This document shows, piece after piece, positions 57,651 to 60,000 of a stretch of 60,000 nt of DNA (its first letter is position 1; every line of letters starts with the position of its first letter). Made by a program: the position numbers and the translations under genes. The DNA comes from Schmidtea polychroa (lineage: Eukaryota): the NCBI GenBank assembly GCA_044892525.1, contig CM097885.1:34784001-34844000 (forward strand), in the 5' to 3' direction. The notes beneath the pieces are model-generated. The model searched no databases and was not told where the DNA came from. It saw nothing but the letters and a program-made list of their open reading frames with translations.

Positions 57651-58329
57651 CATCTTTGACTCAAGACTTTCTGCTAGACTTTCACAGTTATTTTAATAAA
57701 TGTTAATGTATTTAGTGTATTTAATAAATGTATTCAGTCATATTTGTTTTTCACTTCTTTAACAACGAAATTGCAATATCAATGCAAAACACATGCAAAT
57801 TTTATCAAAGACATTCTATAAACAAACTTATATTATATTTTTAAAGTGTTAATAAAGAAAAAGGTTAATATGATTAGTTAATTATCGAATTATTTATTGT
57901 TTAGAACATTTAATCAATTTTTTGTTGGCAAAATTAGCAGAAACATCTGGTGTAAAAATAGAGGATATATCTTTTTCAAATGCATTAAATATAGGCTGGG
58001 TAGCCGAAAGTGAAGATTCAGGATTTGATGAAACTGATGAGGAAATAACTGAAGAAATTGATGAAGAAAACACATAAGAAGACGAGGAGAAAATCATTCA
58101 AGAAATTGGTGAACCTAAGGAGGAATTTACGGATTATATAACTGAAAATATCAAGGATACCGAACCGCGTGAATGTAACGACTGTATAGATCATGTCGTT
58201 GAAAGTGTTATGAAATGCGGAGATGATGAATGTGAATGTGTTAATAAATTTTAGTTTGAGTGTATATTTAAATTATAATATTTATAAATAACAACATTAA
58301 CTTTTATTTAAATATTTACACATTACATA

Positions 58330-58832
58330 TACAACAACTCCCATGGCTAGTCACATATAACCTTTGAATTTTTTTTTGGCTTGCTCTATTTCTTGAGCGT
58401 TCTGGGTAAGTTCGACTAGTGTGCACCATCCACCATTGGCATCGATTCATGGCGTAAATTTGGATTTGGCTATCTACAAATTAATATTAATAATAATAAT
58501 AATAATTTAAAACATAATAATAATTTACTTCTAGAGACCACAAACAGTAATGGTGAGCATCGTATAGACTTTTTTTCTATAATAATCTTCATATAGGTAA
58601 AACCTATGATTATTCTGGTCCACTTCATTTGGTCTTCGAATAGACAGTCGAAGATCCTATTGAATTAAAATTTCTTCGTCTCCAGGCATTCCATATTAAG
58701 CATGGTCTGGTAGACGAGATGGTTTCCATCGATGATTTTCTCAGTTTGTTTAACTAGAAAACTGAAGCTTTGAGCGATATTCTCATTAACCAAAACTTTT
58801 AAGATGTTTTCAGCAAAATTTGATTTTGACAT
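58330..58832 (-). pseudogene. Decayed, apparently spliced Polinton accessory gene, unknown product
   Basis: CCAAT and TATAAATA upstream of ATG 58832, GT-AG intron ~58475-58529, frames broken by stops. Confidence 0.35.
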
Positions 58833-59079
58833 TGTATATTAATTTTAAATATAGTGTTCTATTTATAATAATACTGGTTATGATTGTGATTGGTTAATAT
58901 ATTATAAATGTAAAACATAAGAGATTTGATTCGATTCAATTCTATATTATATTTAGTAAACTTTCGAATTACATGTATTTTCTTTAAAAACACTTTGATT
59001 TTGCCCTAATGTATTGCCCTTTACACACATTCACTCACAATCACTTAAGATCTCGCTTAGAAATATTTTTCTATCCTTA

Positions 59080-59414
59080 AGGTGTGTAATACAAAGACAT
59101 ATGCAATACAAATGCATGAGTAACAAAGACATTTGCAATGCAGACGTAGTATTAAAATGTGTTTTGACTTTGAAAAATTTTCTAAAAAGTAATTCTTTAA
59201 ATGGGCTTAAGAAAATTTTTAATTTGACATCAATTTGACCTGAAAATTAAGGGGTAGGGGTTGACCTCAAAATTTGACCTTAAAATGGTTTAAAATCTAC
59301 TTTGACCTCAGAATTTGACCTTAAACTATCCTCAAAATTGGATTGACCTCAAATTTTTCTATCGCCTTAAGTTAACCTTAATGATGAGTCATCATGAGCT
59401 CACTTCTACATACT
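59080..59414. mobile_element. Terminus of a B-related Polinton inserted into another PolB copy
   Basis: GATGAGTCATCATGAGCTCACTTCTACATACT aligns with 23232-23261. TTGACCT repeats present; PolB sequence resumes at 59415. Confidence 0.7.
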
Positions 59415-60000
59415 AACGTCTGAATTTGCGGCTTTGTAATTCGGCTTCTAGGCTGATTACATATACATCTAAACCATCGTTTAAAAGGACTTATGCAATT
59501 GACAATGACTTAGTATCAGTCTTGCTAAATAAGGAAGCTATTTGTTTAGATAGACCCAGCTAAATTGGCCAAACTGTACTGGACTTATCTAAACTTAGAA
59601 TGTATCAGCTGCAGTATGAAGAGTTACAAAAATATCGTAACGAATTCAACTGTAAAATTAATATCGTTGTAGGTGATACGTATTCATTTTTCCTTGAAGT
59701 AGTTAATTGTAAGTTTGATGTTCTTTTACCTGCCATGATCAGAGATAATTTGCTGGACACTTCAAATTATGACCCAAATCATCCATTATACAGTAGGAAC
59801 CTTGATTCTGTCATTGGAAAGTTCAAAAACGAGAATAAAGGGCTTAAATATAAGGATTGGGGTTTTCTTAGACTAATGTGCTATAGTTTGTTAGGTGATT
59901 CGAGATTAAAAAAGCTAAAGGTGTAACACTGAAAGGTAGTGACATAAAGCATCAGTGATATCTGAATTGTTATAATACTAATCAAATTGTTCTACACCGC
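59415..60000 (+). pseudogene. PolB C-terminal fragment, inverted near-identical copy of ~55590-56170
   Basis: MYQLQYEELQKYRNEF...LLDTSNYDPNHPLY; shares the inactivating DTYS change. Confidence 0.92.

Overview
Very AT-rich eukaryotic (probably invertebrate) genomic DNA, dominated by nested Polinton/Maverick-type elements. Element A (42-16748) has AGTAGT...ACTACT ends and a 6-bp TSD (AATGTA) but no intact genes of its own. It sits inside element B, which ends at 23261 and carries a disrupted, apparently spliced protein-primed DNA polymerase B gene (17118-21699); element B in turn interrupts a hAT transposase. An inverted duplication makes 1347-20455 a ~19-kb near-perfect palindrome with a 1.4-kb spacer. 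Element C (40347-45601; AGT...ACT ends, TSD AATAAT, ~1.7-kb TIRs) and further PolB relics with a B-like terminus (55400-60000) occur downstream. Elements A and C have unrelated TIRs yet share a ~200-nt GC-rich, hairpin-forming island. Host genes are NAA30/MAK3 (25802-26602) and a predicted secreted Notch-ligand-N-terminal (MNNL/C2)-like gene with micro-exons (38819-54002+). Also present are two paralogous orphan coiled-coil ORFs (EGTWFSP motif), Penelope-type minimal hammerhead ribozymes, hAT and pogo relics and many (ATT)n tracts. All calls were made by eye with no database searches.
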